From Haliotis rubra (Eukaryota): 64,000 nt of DNA. Shown here piece after piece: positions 49,978 to 62,529 of the stretch. The stretch lies in NCBI RefSeq assembly GCF_003918875.1, contig NW_025767028.1, positions 930,001-994,000 on the forward strand, written 5' to 3'. The notes under the pieces were generated by a model that made no database searches, was not told the DNA's origin, and was given only the letters and a program-made list of their open reading frames with translations. A program made the translations under genes and the position numbers. Position 1 is the stretch's first letter. Each line of letters starts with the position of its first letter.

Positions 49978-51830
49978 GAGTGTCTGGGAAATTAAACACA
50001 TTAATCGGGTGGAGTGTCTGGGAAATTAAACACATTAATCGGGTGGTGAAGATACTGGGACTGAATGAATTGGCTGGTCAGGATAATTGACTGCATGAAT
50101 CGGGTGGTCGAAATAATTTACTAATTGAATCGGGTGGTCAGGATCAATTTAACTGGATCGAGTGGTCAGGGCAATTGACTGATTGAATCGAGTGGTCAGG
50201 GCAATTGACTGATTGAATTGGGTGGTCAGTGTAAATGATTGAATAGGGTGGTCAGGGTAATTGACTGCATGAATCGAGTGGTCAGGGTAATTGACTGATT
50301 GAATCGGGTGGTCAGGGTAATGGACTGATTGAATCGGGTGGTCAGGGTAAATGATTGAATCGGGTGGTGTGTCTGGGAAATTAAACACATTAATCGGGTG
50401 GTGAAGTAAATAATTAACTAACTGAATCGGGTGGTCAGGATCAATTTAACTGGATCGAGTGGTCAGGGCAATTGACTGCATGAATCGAGTGGTCAGGGCA
50501 ATTGACTGCATGAATCGGGTAGTCAGGATAATTCACTGATTGAATCCAGTGGTCAGGGTAAATGATTGAATCGGGTGGTCAGGGCAATTGACTGATTGAA
50601 TCGGGTGGTCAGGTCAAATCACTGCATGAATCGGATGGTCAGGTTAATTGATTGAATCGGGTGGTCTAGGTAATGGAATGATTGAATCTGATGGTCAGGG
50701 TAAATGATTGAATCGGGTGCTCATGGTAATTGACTGAATGAATCGGGTAGTCAGGATAATTGACTGCATGAACCGAGTGGTCGGGGTAATTGACAGCATG
50801 AATCGGTTGGTAGGTGTAATCGACTGCATGAATCGGGTGGTCAGGGTAATTCACTGTATGAATCGGGTGATCAGGGCAATTGACTGCATGAATCAGGTGG
50901 TCAGAATAATTGACTGATTGAATCGGGTAGTCAGGTTAATTGCCTGCATGAATAGGGTGGTCAGGGTAAATGACTGATTGAATCGGGTGGTCGGGGTAAT
51001 TGACTAATTGAATCGGGTAGTCAGGATAAATAATTGAATCGGGTGGTCATTGTAATTGACTGATTGATTCGGGTGGTCAGGGTAATTGGCTGATTGAATC
51101 GGGTGGTCAGGATAAATGATTGAATCGGGTGGTCATGGTAATTGACTGAATGAATCGGGTAGTCAGGATAATTGACTGCATGAACCGAGTGGTCGGGGTA
51201 ATTGACAGCATGAATGGGTTGGTCAGGGTAATCGACTGCATGAATCGGGTGGTCAGGGTAATTCACTGTATGAATCGGGTGGTCAGGGCAATTGACTGCA
51301 TGAATCGGGTGGTCAGAATAATTGACTGATTGAATCGGGTAGTCAGGTTAATTGCCTGCATGAATAGGGTGGTCAGGGTAAATGATTGAATCGAATTGTC
51401 AGAGCAATTGACTAATTGAATCTGGTGGTCAGGGTAATTGACTGATTGAATCGGGTGGTCGGGGTAATTGACTAATTGAATCGGGTAGTCAGGGTAAATG
51501 CATGAATCGGGTGGTCATTGTAATTGACTAATTGAATCGGGTGGTCAGGGTAATTGACTAATTGAATAGGGTGGTCAGGGTAATTGATTGAATCAGGTGG
51601 TCTGGGTAATTGACTGATTGAATGGGGTGGTCAGGGTAATTGACTGATTGAATCGGGTGGTCAGGGTAATTAACTGATTGAATCGGGTGGTCGGGGTCAT
51701 TGACTTCATGAATCGGGTGGTGCTGGTAATTGAATGCATGAATCGTGTGGTCGGGGTAATTGACTGACTGAATCGGGTGGTCGGTGTAATTGACTGATTG
51801 AATCGGGTGGTCAGGGTAATTGGTTGATTT
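49978..51830. repeat. ~30-bp degenerate minisatellite
   Basis: gaatcgggtggtcagggtaattgactgatt. Confidence 0.9.
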
Positions 51831-52075
51831 GTCAGTGTATTGCAACGGTCCGGTTGATGTGGTCTGGTCAAGACGCGATTAACATTCTATAATGATACCC
51901 TTTGTTAATCAACAAAAAAACAAATCGTTGTGTTAAATATTATCCTTAGCAAATGAAGAATAGAATTAAGCCAACAAGTTTGTGTCCTGTACGTTGCTAT
52001 AGAGACCAGATGACAGATCCTGGAGAACGTTACACCCATCTATCATTCATACATTAGAGGACTCTGCTCAAACAA

Positions 52076-52240
52076 GGGTGGTGGGGTAGCCTAGTGGTTA
52101 AAGCGTCCGCTCGTCCCGCCGAACACTCGAGTTCGATTCCTCACATGGGTACAATGTGTGAAGCCAATTTCCGGTGTCCCCCGCCGTGATATTGCTGGAA
52201 TATTGCTAAAAATGGCGTAAAAACAAACTCACTCACTCAC
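52076..52240 (+). mobile_element. tRNA-derived SINE, family B
   Basis: A/B boxes and shared tail. Confidence 0.85.
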
Positions 52241-52498
52241 ACGTAACCTCCATCGACAACTAGACGATCAGAGTTGGTTGATGCGTGTAGGGGGCTACAA
52301 GATACACAAAGCCAAATGGTTTCCCATATACTTCATAGTAACGTTATATGTTCTTAAAAAATAACCAGGGCGTATCAAGCCATTACATGTCCATACATAC
52401 ACAGTATTGTCTTAGAGCTGCAATAAAGACACATTTGGACCAGGTTAAACCAATTCCTTTCCGAATACCGGAAGCTGAAGACACCAACTCCAGCTCCG

Positions 52499-53217
52499 CA
52501 GCATATGTCCTCGTGTTAAAATATCTGTGCACACATTCAGCATATGTCCTCGTGTTAAAATATCTGTGCACACATTCAGCATATGTCCTCGTGTTAAAAT
52601 ATCTGTGCACACATTCAGCATATGTCCTCGTGTTAAAATATCTGTGCACACATTCAGCATATGTCCTCGTGTTAAAATATCTGTGCACACATTCAGCATA
52701 TGTCCTCGTGTTAAAATATCTGTGCACACATTCAACATATGTCCTCGTGTTGAAATATCTGTGCACACATTCAGCATAGGTCCTCGTGTTAAAATATCTG
52801 TGCACACATTCAGCATATGTCCTCGTGTTAAAATATCTGTGCACACATTCAGCATATGTCCTCGTGTTAAAATATCTGTGCACACATTCAGCATATGTCC
52901 TCGTGTTAAAATATCTGTGCACACATTCAGCATATGTCCTCGTGTTAAAATATCTGTGCACACATTCAGCATATGTCCTCGTGTTAAAATATCTGTGCAC
53001 ACATTCAGCATATGTCCTCGTGTTAAAATATCTGTGCACACATTCAGCATATGTCCTCGTGTTAAAATATCTGTGCACACATTCAGCATATGTCCTCGTG
53101 TTAAAATATCTGTGCACACATTCAGCATATGTCATCTACTTACAATATCTGTGCACACATTCAGCATATGTCATTTACTTACAATATCTGTGCACACATT
53201 CAGCATATGTCATCGTG
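52499..53217. repeat. 39-bp minisatellite, about 18 copies
   Basis: cagcatatgtcctcgtgttaaaatatctgtgcacacatt. Confidence 0.95.
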
Positions 53218-54169
53218 TTTTAAAAGCCAGCAGTAGATATTTATAAATGTGGTCAGTTCTAATTACTGGAGTGAGTGAGTGAGTGAGTGAGTGAGTTTAG
53301 TTTTATCTCGTACTCAGCAATATTCCAGCTGTAAATAATCGTGTCAATCCAGTGATCAACAGCATGAGCATCCATGTACGCAATTTGGATACGATGGCAT
53401 GTGTCAAGTCTGACCAACCGATCCCGTTAGTCACCTCTTTACTGGATGGATGTACATTTAAAAAACATGATTATCTTTCGTAATATCATCCAATCACAGC
53501 TGCCACATACCTCCATCAGAACTGAAGTTTATTTACGATACTCGCTCAGGGAGCAACTGATATTGAATTAGTGAAGTTGAACTTGTACCAGACTGCCATA
53601 GTAAACAGGGTTGAGATAAATTAGTGTCCGAAGCATCGCAGTTACCGATACCCAAGACGAACCGTCAGGCACGCATAGCTTGGTGTGGTCAGCATCAGGT
53701 GGTTTGTAGGTACAGTATAGCCTGCTATCTCCCTCCCTCCCTCACTGACGACCTCACTCACTCTCTGTCTCACTCACTCACTGACAGACTGACTCATTCA
53801 TTGACTCGCTCACCAACCCACCCTCACTCACTTACGACCTCACTCACTCACTCTCTGTCTCACTCACTCACTCAGTCACTCACTAACTGGCGGACTCACT
53901 CACTCACTCACCAGCAAGTGGATGGACATATTTTCTATGTATCAAAGTACCTCAGCAATTTCAAACAGGAAAGGAATTTAAGTGTTCCAGAACAAAATAT
54001 GAAATATTGATCTGACACAATATAAAGATAAAATCCTTTTGAAACTGAGTTATACTGAATTACAAATAGTTTGAATGAGTCAAGTGTACTGTATATTGAT
54101 CACACAATCACCCGTACAGTGGTACATGGTATCTGTATAGGGTCCCCTGTATAGGGCGTTCTTCAAACA

Positions 54170-54406
54170 ATGTGTTCCCGGTACTTTCAAACTACAAGTT
54201 TATGGTTGATCTATTCTGTGGTGTGTTCACTAGGACCAGCACTGGGCTACGACAGACGTCCGTTTGGGCGCCAGATGTGTGAAGACCTGTGTGTTCATAT
54301 TGTAGGGTGTACTTCATACGTCCTCCTGATGGAGTCTCTCGCCTGCTACGTCACTGACGTGAACTCCATCAGCACATCTACCGAAACGACCTACACAGGC
54401 ACAACG
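54170..54406 (+). CDS. First exon of a putative secreted protein with a PAN/apple-like Cys pattern
   Basis: caaacaATG start context, hydrophobic leader (SLWLIYSVVCSLGPALG), CEDLC..IVGCTSY......CY spacing, phase-0 donor ACG|GTAATA. Confidence 0.55.
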
Positions 54407-54801
54407 GTAATATATGCTCCTATTTTATCTATGGAAGGATTAATATGAACACGTCACAATTTAATTGTGGAAACCCCCAAAGTCCAGAACCTCTCCGCAC
54501 TGGGACCAGATTTGACAAAACGTGCTATTATCATAAGCTGACGTACTAAAGAAAGTACACGCCTGATGCTTTGGTAAAATGTTTTACTAAAAACAGCGTA
54601 ATATTTAGAAAAGTGTTTTGATTGTGACTCACAAGTCACAAACATTGTGTACGTGTTGCAATAACACCATAGATATCGTACCCAATTGGAACATTGCTAG
54701 CAAAATATTTACGGTGTTTTAACAGTCACAAAGCACCAGGTGTGTACTTTCTTTTGTACATCAGTATATATATTTGCTCAGGATAAACTAAACGGAAAAT
54801 A

Positions 54802-55260
54802 AGAACGTAAGAAAGTTTATGGATAATGGTGTCGGAGGTAAAAACAAAATATACATGCTGATGAGATTAATTAACAATGATGGCTGAGGTGCTCTTATCT
54901 GTTGTTTTTATAAAATGATGGCTGATTAGAGCACCTCAGCCATCATTGTTAATTAATCTCATCAGCATGTATATTTTGTTTTTACCTCCACCACCATTGG
55001 CTTCCCTTTGTCACTACATTATTGCCACCGTGCCTTGTTGTTATTGTTAATCCCCCTGATTCAGTCCTACATGTTGTTATTACTTAATCCCTGTTCATGT
55101 ATATAAGTCTGTTGTGTGCTGTAGTACTTCACTCTTGCTTGACAACGGTATAAGAATCCATACCGAAACGTCGCATCATATATAATAAAGAAGTTGTTAT
55201 CCATTAGCTTTCTTACGTTGTTACTAGTCACCAACTTCTAAATGCCAATCAAACAGATAA
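54802..55260 (+). mobile_element. Penelope-like insertion with 70-bp hairpin and variant hammerhead
   Basis: 13-bp TSD TAAACGGAAAATA (54789-54801, 55261-55273); inverted arms 54825-54895 / 54928-54998; UUGACAA..GAAACGUC at 55136-55175; ends cttctaaatgccaatcaa. Confidence 0.7.
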
Positions 55261-55998
55261 TAAACGGAAAATACATCTTTCGAAAACTCACATTCTACTC
55301 TACCTCGCCAATGGACAGGCCCAAGAGATGAATATTTGCTCAAAATTCATTTTTGGATTTTGTATATAAATGAATGTAAACACATAAGTATCATGGCACA
55401 CAATTCATGTTTTTGAAGTTGTAAATGAATGAAAATAAGTTTATATAGTACGTATAAGGACACACAATTCAACCGATTTTAACCTAATTCGACTAATTTA
55501 GATCGCTTTAAAATATCTCGCTCAAGGGCAAGAAAATTTTTTTTTTGTTGTTTAATGCCGCATTCAGTGTCTATCTTTATAATAACGATCCATCAATATC
55601 GAGTCTGCACCAGAAAACCTGGTGGTCGACGAAGCGACTGACCTTGATCACGCGACCTTCTCCGCCTTGGCTTATGGTCAGCCAACTTTCCCGGACAGTA
55701 GTATTTGGAAATGCACAGGATCATATATGGGATGTGATAAGCAGTAATTGTATATCAAGCTTTACAAACACCCTTTGTTGAGTGAAAAGACAATCAGCAA
55801 AATCTCTGACATGATCGTAAGTATACTGAGTCGTCTACTCTGTAGAGCATTGGTGCATGAGGCGAACTGAGTGAGTGGGTGAGTGAGTGAGTGAGTGAGT
55901 GAGTGTGTGAGTGAGTGAGTGAGTGAGCAATATTGCAGCAATTACGTTGCAAAGGACTCCACAAATGGGCTTCAAACACGTAATCCTTGTTAATTAAT

Positions 55999-56158
55999 GG
56001 GAGGCGGTGGGGTAGCCTAGTGGTTAAAGCGTTGGCTCGTCACGCCGAAGACCCGGGTTCCAATCCCCACATGGGTACAATGTGTGAAGCCCATTTCTGG
56101 TGTCCCCCGCCGTGATGTTGCTGGAATATTGCTAAAAGCGGCGTAAAACCAAACTCAG
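55999..56158 (+). mobile_element. tRNA-derived SINE, family B, nested in an older minus-strand copy
   Basis: TSD TGTTAATTAAT. Confidence 0.85.
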
Positions 56159-56306
56159 TGTTAATTAATATGAATCGAACCCGGGTATTCGAGGTGACGA
56201 GCGAGACAGCTGCAGAAATCTGACAGATGACAGATGTCTGACTTTTATTTGTCGACAGACAGTGTCAGCTTTCAAGAGGTTTGAAGCTATATTCACTTAT
56301 GCACCT

Positions 56307-56566
56307 GACCCGTGAAGGCCCGGGTTAGAATATTGATCTTCAGTGACCCATGCTTGTCGTAACAGGCGACTAACGAGATTGGGTGGTCAGGCTCGCTGAC
56401 TTGGTTGACACATGTCATTGATTCCCAATTGCGCAGAACGATGCTAATTCTGTTGATCACTGGATTATCTGGTCCAGACTCGATTATTTACAGACCGCCG
56501 CCATATAGCTGGAATATTGCTGAGTACGGCGTAAAACTAAACTCACTCACTCACTCAATCACTCAC
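56307..56566 (+). mobile_element. Retroposon family A, full length
   Basis: TSD TCACTTATGCACCT. Confidence 0.85.
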
Positions 56567-56745
56567 TCACTTATGCACCTATATCAACAGTGGGAGGAGC
56601 GAGTTTGGAGTATTGTACATTGTACTTATTTCATGTCAGTCGAACAAAAAATACTCATCATCATTTTGTCGTTTTCGTAATAGCACGTAAACCAAGTATA
56701 ATGTTTACCAAAATGATGTACAGATATTTTCATGCTGTGTTACAG

Positions 56746-56892
56746 AAGGTCACGAGGAGGTCCCAGGTGATCAGCATGACGTGTCCAGCGGGTGCCATAC
56801 TACTCCTCACCAGGCGAACAACGCTCACATGTCTACAATGCACGTGTCGTTCCACGTGTTCTAGTCGTGCTACAAAAAGTATCAGTGAATAA
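56746..56892 (+). CDS. Candidate second exon of the secreted protein (KVTRRSQVISMTCPAGAILLL...)
   Basis: tgtgttacAG acceptor, phase 0 matches exon 1, GC-richer Cys-containing frame. 3' limit uncertain. Confidence 0.35.
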   Translation, partial: KVTRRSQVISMTCPAGAILLLTRRTTLTCLQCTCRSTCSSRATKSISE

Positions 56893-56952
56893 TATATAAT
56901 ATATAATATTCACTAAGAATCCAGTTATACTTTCCCGATTACATGCCACGTT

Positions 56953-58501
56953 TTAACAGGATAACTCGAACTGTTGTTAGTATCAATAGGATAACCCAAA
57001 TTGTTGTTAGTATTAATAGGATAACCCAAATTGTTGTTAGTATTAATAGGATAACCCAAATTGTTGTTAGTATTAATAGGATAACCCAAATTGTTGTTAG
57101 TATTAATAGGATAACTCAAATTGTTGTTAGTATTAACAGGATAACTCAAATTGTTGTGAGTATTAATAGGATACTCCAAATTGTTGTTAGTATCAATAGG
57201 ATAACCCAAATTGTTGTTAGTATTAATAGGATAACCCAAATTGTTGTTAGTATTAATAGGATAACCCAAATTGTTGTTAGTATTAATAGGTTAACCCAAA
57301 TTGTTGTTAGTACTGTTGTTAGCATTAATAGGATAACCCAAATTGTTGTTAGTATTAATAGGATAACCCAAATTGTTGTTAGTATTAACAGGATAACCCA
57401 AATTGTTGTTAGTATTAATAGGATAATCCAAATTGTTGTTAGTATTAATAGGATAACCCAAATTGTTGTTAGTATTAATAGGATAACCCAAATTGTTGTT
57501 AGTATTAATAGGATAACCCAAATTGTTGTTAGTATTAATAGGATACTCCAAATTGTTGTTAGTATTAATAGGATAACCCAAATTGTTGTTAGTATTAACA
57601 GGATAACCCAAATTGTTGTTAGTACTGTTGTTAGCATTAATAGGATAACCCAAATTGTTGTTAGTATTAATAGGATAACCCAAATTGTTGTTAGTATTAA
57701 TAGGATAATAAATTAACCCAAAGTTGTTGTTAGTATTAATAGGATAACCCAAATTGTTGTTAAGTATTAATAGGATAACCCAAATTGTTGTTAGTATTAA
57801 TAGGATAACCCAAATTGTTGTTAGTATTAATAGGATAACCCAAATTGTTGTTAGTATTATTAATAGGATAACCCAAATTGTTGTTAGTATTAATAGGATA
57901 ACCCAAATTGTTGCTAGTTAATAGGATAACCCAAATTGTTGTTAGTATTAATTAATGTTGTTAGTATTAATAACCCAAATTGTTGTTAGTATTAATAGGA
58001 TAACCCAAATTGTTGTTAGTATTATAGGATAACCCAAATTGTTGTTAGTATTAATAGGATAACCCAAATTGTTGTTAGTATTAATAGGGTTAACCCAAAT
58101 TGTTGTTAGTTGTTGGTATTAATAGGATAACCCAAATTGTTGTTAGTATTAATAGGATAACCCAAATTGTTGTTAGTATTAATGGGATAACCCAAATTGT
58201 TGTTAGTATTAGGATAACCCAAATTGTTGTTAGTATTAATAGGATAACCCAAATTGTTGTTAGTATTAACAGGATAATCCAAATTGTTGTTAGTATCAAT
58301 AGGATAACCCAAATTGTTGTTAGTATTAATAGGATAACCCAAATTGTTGATAGTATTAATAGGATAACCCAAATTGTTGTTAGTATTAATAGGATAACCC
58401 AAATTGTTGTTAGTATTAATAGGATACTCCAAATTGTTGTTAGTATCAATAGGATAACCCAAATTGTTGTTAGTATTAACAGGATAACCCAAATTGTTGT
58501 T
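56953..58501. repeat. 30-bp minisatellite, block 1
   Basis: aggataacccaaattgttgttagtattaat. Confidence 0.95.
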
Positions 58502-58790
58502 ACAATGAATAGGGCCATCCAAACTGTTTTTATCATTACAAAGTAAAATGACGCATAGTAGACGCACACACACACACCTTTTTATATTAGCTCCCACCTA
58601 CCTCGTCGGCGACATTGGCTACAGCCAGACGTCGACGTTAAACTTGTACATTCGTTGTTTCTGTTTCGTGTCCCAGTCATTTTAAAGATGTTCCAGTAAC
58701 GTACTAACAAAGTGTAATGCTAACCATATGACAGGTTACACTTTACGTGTCCTTACCTCATTGTGTACTCGTAGTCACTCTTCTGGAATG

Positions 58791-59037
58791 GACCCGTGAA
58801 AGTCCAGGTTAGAATGAACCTTCAGTAACCCATGCTTGTTGTAAGAGGCGACTAACGGGATCGGGTGGTCAGTCTCGCTGACTGGGTTGACACATGTCAT
58901 CGCTTCCCAGTTGCGTAGATCGATGTTCATGCTGTTGATTCTTGAATTGTCTGGTCCAGACTCGATTATTTACAGACCGCCGCCATATAGCTGGAATATT
59001 GCTGAGTACGGCGTAAAACTCAACTCGATCACTCACT
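58791..59037 (+). mobile_element. Retroposon family A, full length
   Basis: Starts gacccgtgaa; TSD-like CACTCTTCTGG. Confidence 0.85.
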
Positions 59038-59740
59038 CTTCTGGGTAAGAATGGGGAAGCCACAGAACCTTGGTGCGCCTAGTGGCTGCACGACTTGTAT
59101 GATCCCCAAGGAGTCGAGATGGAATACGATGTGCCGTTGAGATTAGCATTCATTGATCGAGGGATAAAAAACAATAGAGCGCTATAGTCCATCCCATCTA
59201 CATGCATGCTTAAAGCGCTTTTGTTTTTGTTTTTTTCGCTCAGTGAGCTATGTCAGCAGTAAATGGTCGGACATTGTCACGGCAGGTGTCCAGAGTGCCC
59301 GGTGTCACGGATCCAGCTGTAGCACGGACGACAACAACCGACACAGACTACAGCATGGGGAACAAGCCCCGAGAGGTAGGCGAGATGAAGTGACATATCG
59401 CGCCGATGCACGTGTATTCTGAGTGTGTCTGTGTATGAGTGTGGACGTGTCTCCGTGTGTAACTGTGTCTCTGTGTGTGATTATTTCTCTGTGTGTAACT
59501 GTGTGTATGCATGTGACCGTGTCTCTTGCCTGTGACTGCGTCTTTGTGACTGTGTGAATGTGTCTAACTGTAACTGTCTGTGTGTACGTATGTGAATGTG
59601 TCTCCGAGTGTGACTGTGTGTATGATTTAACAGTGTAGGAAAGATAGCCCGTCCCGACGTCCGAGACGGGTGAATTTTGTGGAGGACGGGTTAAAAAAAT
59701 ATCTAGTCTGTCCTCATGTCGGGTCAATTTTAGCAAACCA

Positions 59741-59999
59741 ATGAACATCCTAAATAAATTGAACAAACATTTACATTTTACCATGGACTCAAATTATTCT
59801 GAAATTCCATTTTTGGACATCATGGTAAAACTATGTGGACGTAATCTAGAAACAGATATATATTATAAACCTACAGATACTAAACAATACCTTCATTTTT
59901 CATCTTGCCACCCGAGTCATATAAAGAGAAGCATTCCCTATAACTTAGCAAGACGTATCTGCATGATTGTGTCACAAATACCGACAAGGAACATACGAC
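59741..59999 (+). mobile_element. Penelope-like element reverse transcriptase fragment
   Basis: FTM...IPFLDI....DIYYKPTDTKQYLHFSSCHPSHIKRSIPYNLARRIC; cut off by the 30-bp array at about 60000. Confidence 0.85.
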
Positions 60000-62528
60000 T
60001 TGTTGTTAGTACTGTTAGTACTGTTGTTAGCATTAATAGGATAACCCAAATTGTTGTTAGTATTAATAGGATAACCCAAATTGTTGTTAGTATTAACAGG
60101 ATAACCCAAATTGTTGTTAGTATTAATAGGATAATCCAAATTGTTGTTAGTATTAATAGGATAACCCAAATTGTTGTTAGTATTAATAGGATACTCCAAA
60201 TTGTTGTTAGTATTAATAGGATAACCCAAATTGTTGTTAGTATTAATAGGATAACCCAAATTGTTGTTAGTATTAATAGGATAACCCAAATTGTTGTTAG
60301 TATTAATAGGATACTCCAAATTGTTGTTAGTATCAATAGGATAACCCAAATTGTTGTTAGTATTAACAGGATAACCCAATTGTTGTTAGTACTGTTGTTA
60401 GCATTAATAGGATAACCCAAATTGTTGTTAGTATTAATAGGATAACCCAAATTGTTGTTAGTATTAATAGGATAACCCAAATTGTTGTTAGTATTAATAG
60501 GATTACCCAAATTGTTGTTAGTATTAATAGGATAACCCAAATTGTTGTTAGTATTAACAGGATTACCCAAATTGTTGTTAGTATTAATAGGATAATCCAA
60601 ATTGTTGTTAGTATTAATAGGATAACCCAAATTGTTGTTAGTATTAATAGGATACTCCAAATTGTTGTTAGTATTAATAGGATAACCCAAATTGTTGTTA
60701 GTATTAATAGGATAACCCAAATTGTTGTTAGTATTAATAGGATAACCCAAATTGTTGTTAGTATTAATAGGATCAATAGGATAACCCAAATTGTTGTTAG
60801 TATTAACAGGATAACCCAAATTGTTGTTAGTATTAATAGGATTACCCAAATTGTTGTTAGTATTAATAGGATAACCCAAATTGTTGTTAGTATTAACAGG
60901 ATTACCCAAATTGTTGTTAGTATTAATAGGATAATCCAAATTGTTGTTAGTATTAATAGGATAACCCAAATTGTTGTTAGCATTAATAGGATACTCCAAA
61001 TTGTTGTTAGTATTAATAGGATAACCCAAATTGTTGTTAGTATTAATAGGATAACCCAAATTGTTGTTAGTATTAACAGGATAATCCAAATTGTTGTTAG
61101 TATCAATAGGATAACCCAAATTGTTGTTAGTATTAACAGGATAACCCAAATTGTTGATAGTATTAATAGGATAAACCAAATTGTTGTTAGTATTAATAGG
61201 ATAACCCAAATTGTTGTTAGTATTAATAGGATACTCCAAATTGTTGTTAGTATCAATAGGATAACCCAAATTGTTGTTAGTATTAACAGGATAACCCAAA
61301 TTGTTGTTAGTACTGTTGTTAGCATTAATAGGATAACCCAAATTGTTGTTAGTATTAATAGGATAACCCAAATTGTTGTTAGTATTAATAGGATAACCCA
61401 AATTGTTGTTAGTACTGTTGTTAGTATTAATAGGATAACCCAAGTTGTTGTTAGTATTAATAGGATAACCCAAATTGTTGTTAGTATTAACAGGATAACC
61501 CAAATTGTTGTTAGTATTAATAGGATAATCCAAATTGTTGTTAGTATTAATAGGATAACCCAAATTGTTGTTAGTATTAATAGGATAACCCAAATTGTTG
61601 TTAGTATTAACAGGATAACCCAAATTGTTGTTAGTATTAACAGGATAACCCAAATTGTTGCTAGTATTAATAGGATAATCCAAATTGTTGTTAGTATTAA
61701 TAGGATAACCCAAATTGTTGTTAGCATTAATAGGATACTCCAAATTGTTGTTAGTATTAATAGGATAACCCAAATTGTTGTTAGTATTAATAGGATAACC
61801 CAAATTGTTGTTAGTATTAACAGGATAATCCAAATTGTTGTTAGTATCAATAGGATAACCCAAATTGTTGTTAGTATTAACAGGATAACCCAAATTGTTG
61901 ATAGTATTAATAGGATAAACCAAATTGTTGTTAGTATTAATAGGATAACCCAAATTGTTGTTAGTATTAATAGGATACTCCAAATTGTTGTTAGTATCAA
62001 TAGGATAACCCAAATTGTTGTTAGTATTAACAGGATAACCCAAATTGTTGTTAGTACTGTTGTTAGCATTAATAGGATAACCCAAATTGTTGTTAGTATT
62101 AATAGGATAACCCAAATTGTTGTTAGTATTAATAGGATAACCCAAATTGTTGTTAGTACTGTTGTTAGTATTAATAGGATAACCCAAGTTGTTGTTAGTA
62201 TTAATAGGATAACCCAAATTGTTGTTAGTATTAACAGGATAACCCAAATTGTTGTTAGTATTAATAGGATAATCCAAATTGTTGTTAGTATTAATAGGAT
62301 AACCCAAATTGTTGTTAGTATTAATAGGATAACCCAAATTGTTGTTAGTATTAACAGGATAACCCAAATTGTTGTTAGTATTAACAGGATAACCCAAATT
62401 GTTGCTAGTATTAATAGGATAACCCAAATTGTTGTTAGTATTAATAGGATAACCCAAATTGTTGTTAGTATTAATAGGATTACCCAAATTGTTGTTAGTA
62501 TTAATAGGATAACCCAAATTGTTGTTGT
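60000..62528. repeat. 30-bp minisatellite, block 2
   Basis: Same monomer as block 1. Confidence 0.95.
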
Positions 62529-62529
62529 T

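Noticed and set aside
43402-53246. ORFs in the 37-, 60-, 30- and 39-bp arrays
   Set aside because: Tandem-repeat artefacts with no splice or start context; the ZDHHC gene in this span is real and listed separately.
59286-59375. Possible 90-nt plus-strand exon
   Set aside because: Plausible splice sites but the frame is ambiguous and I could not link it to the 54170 gene.
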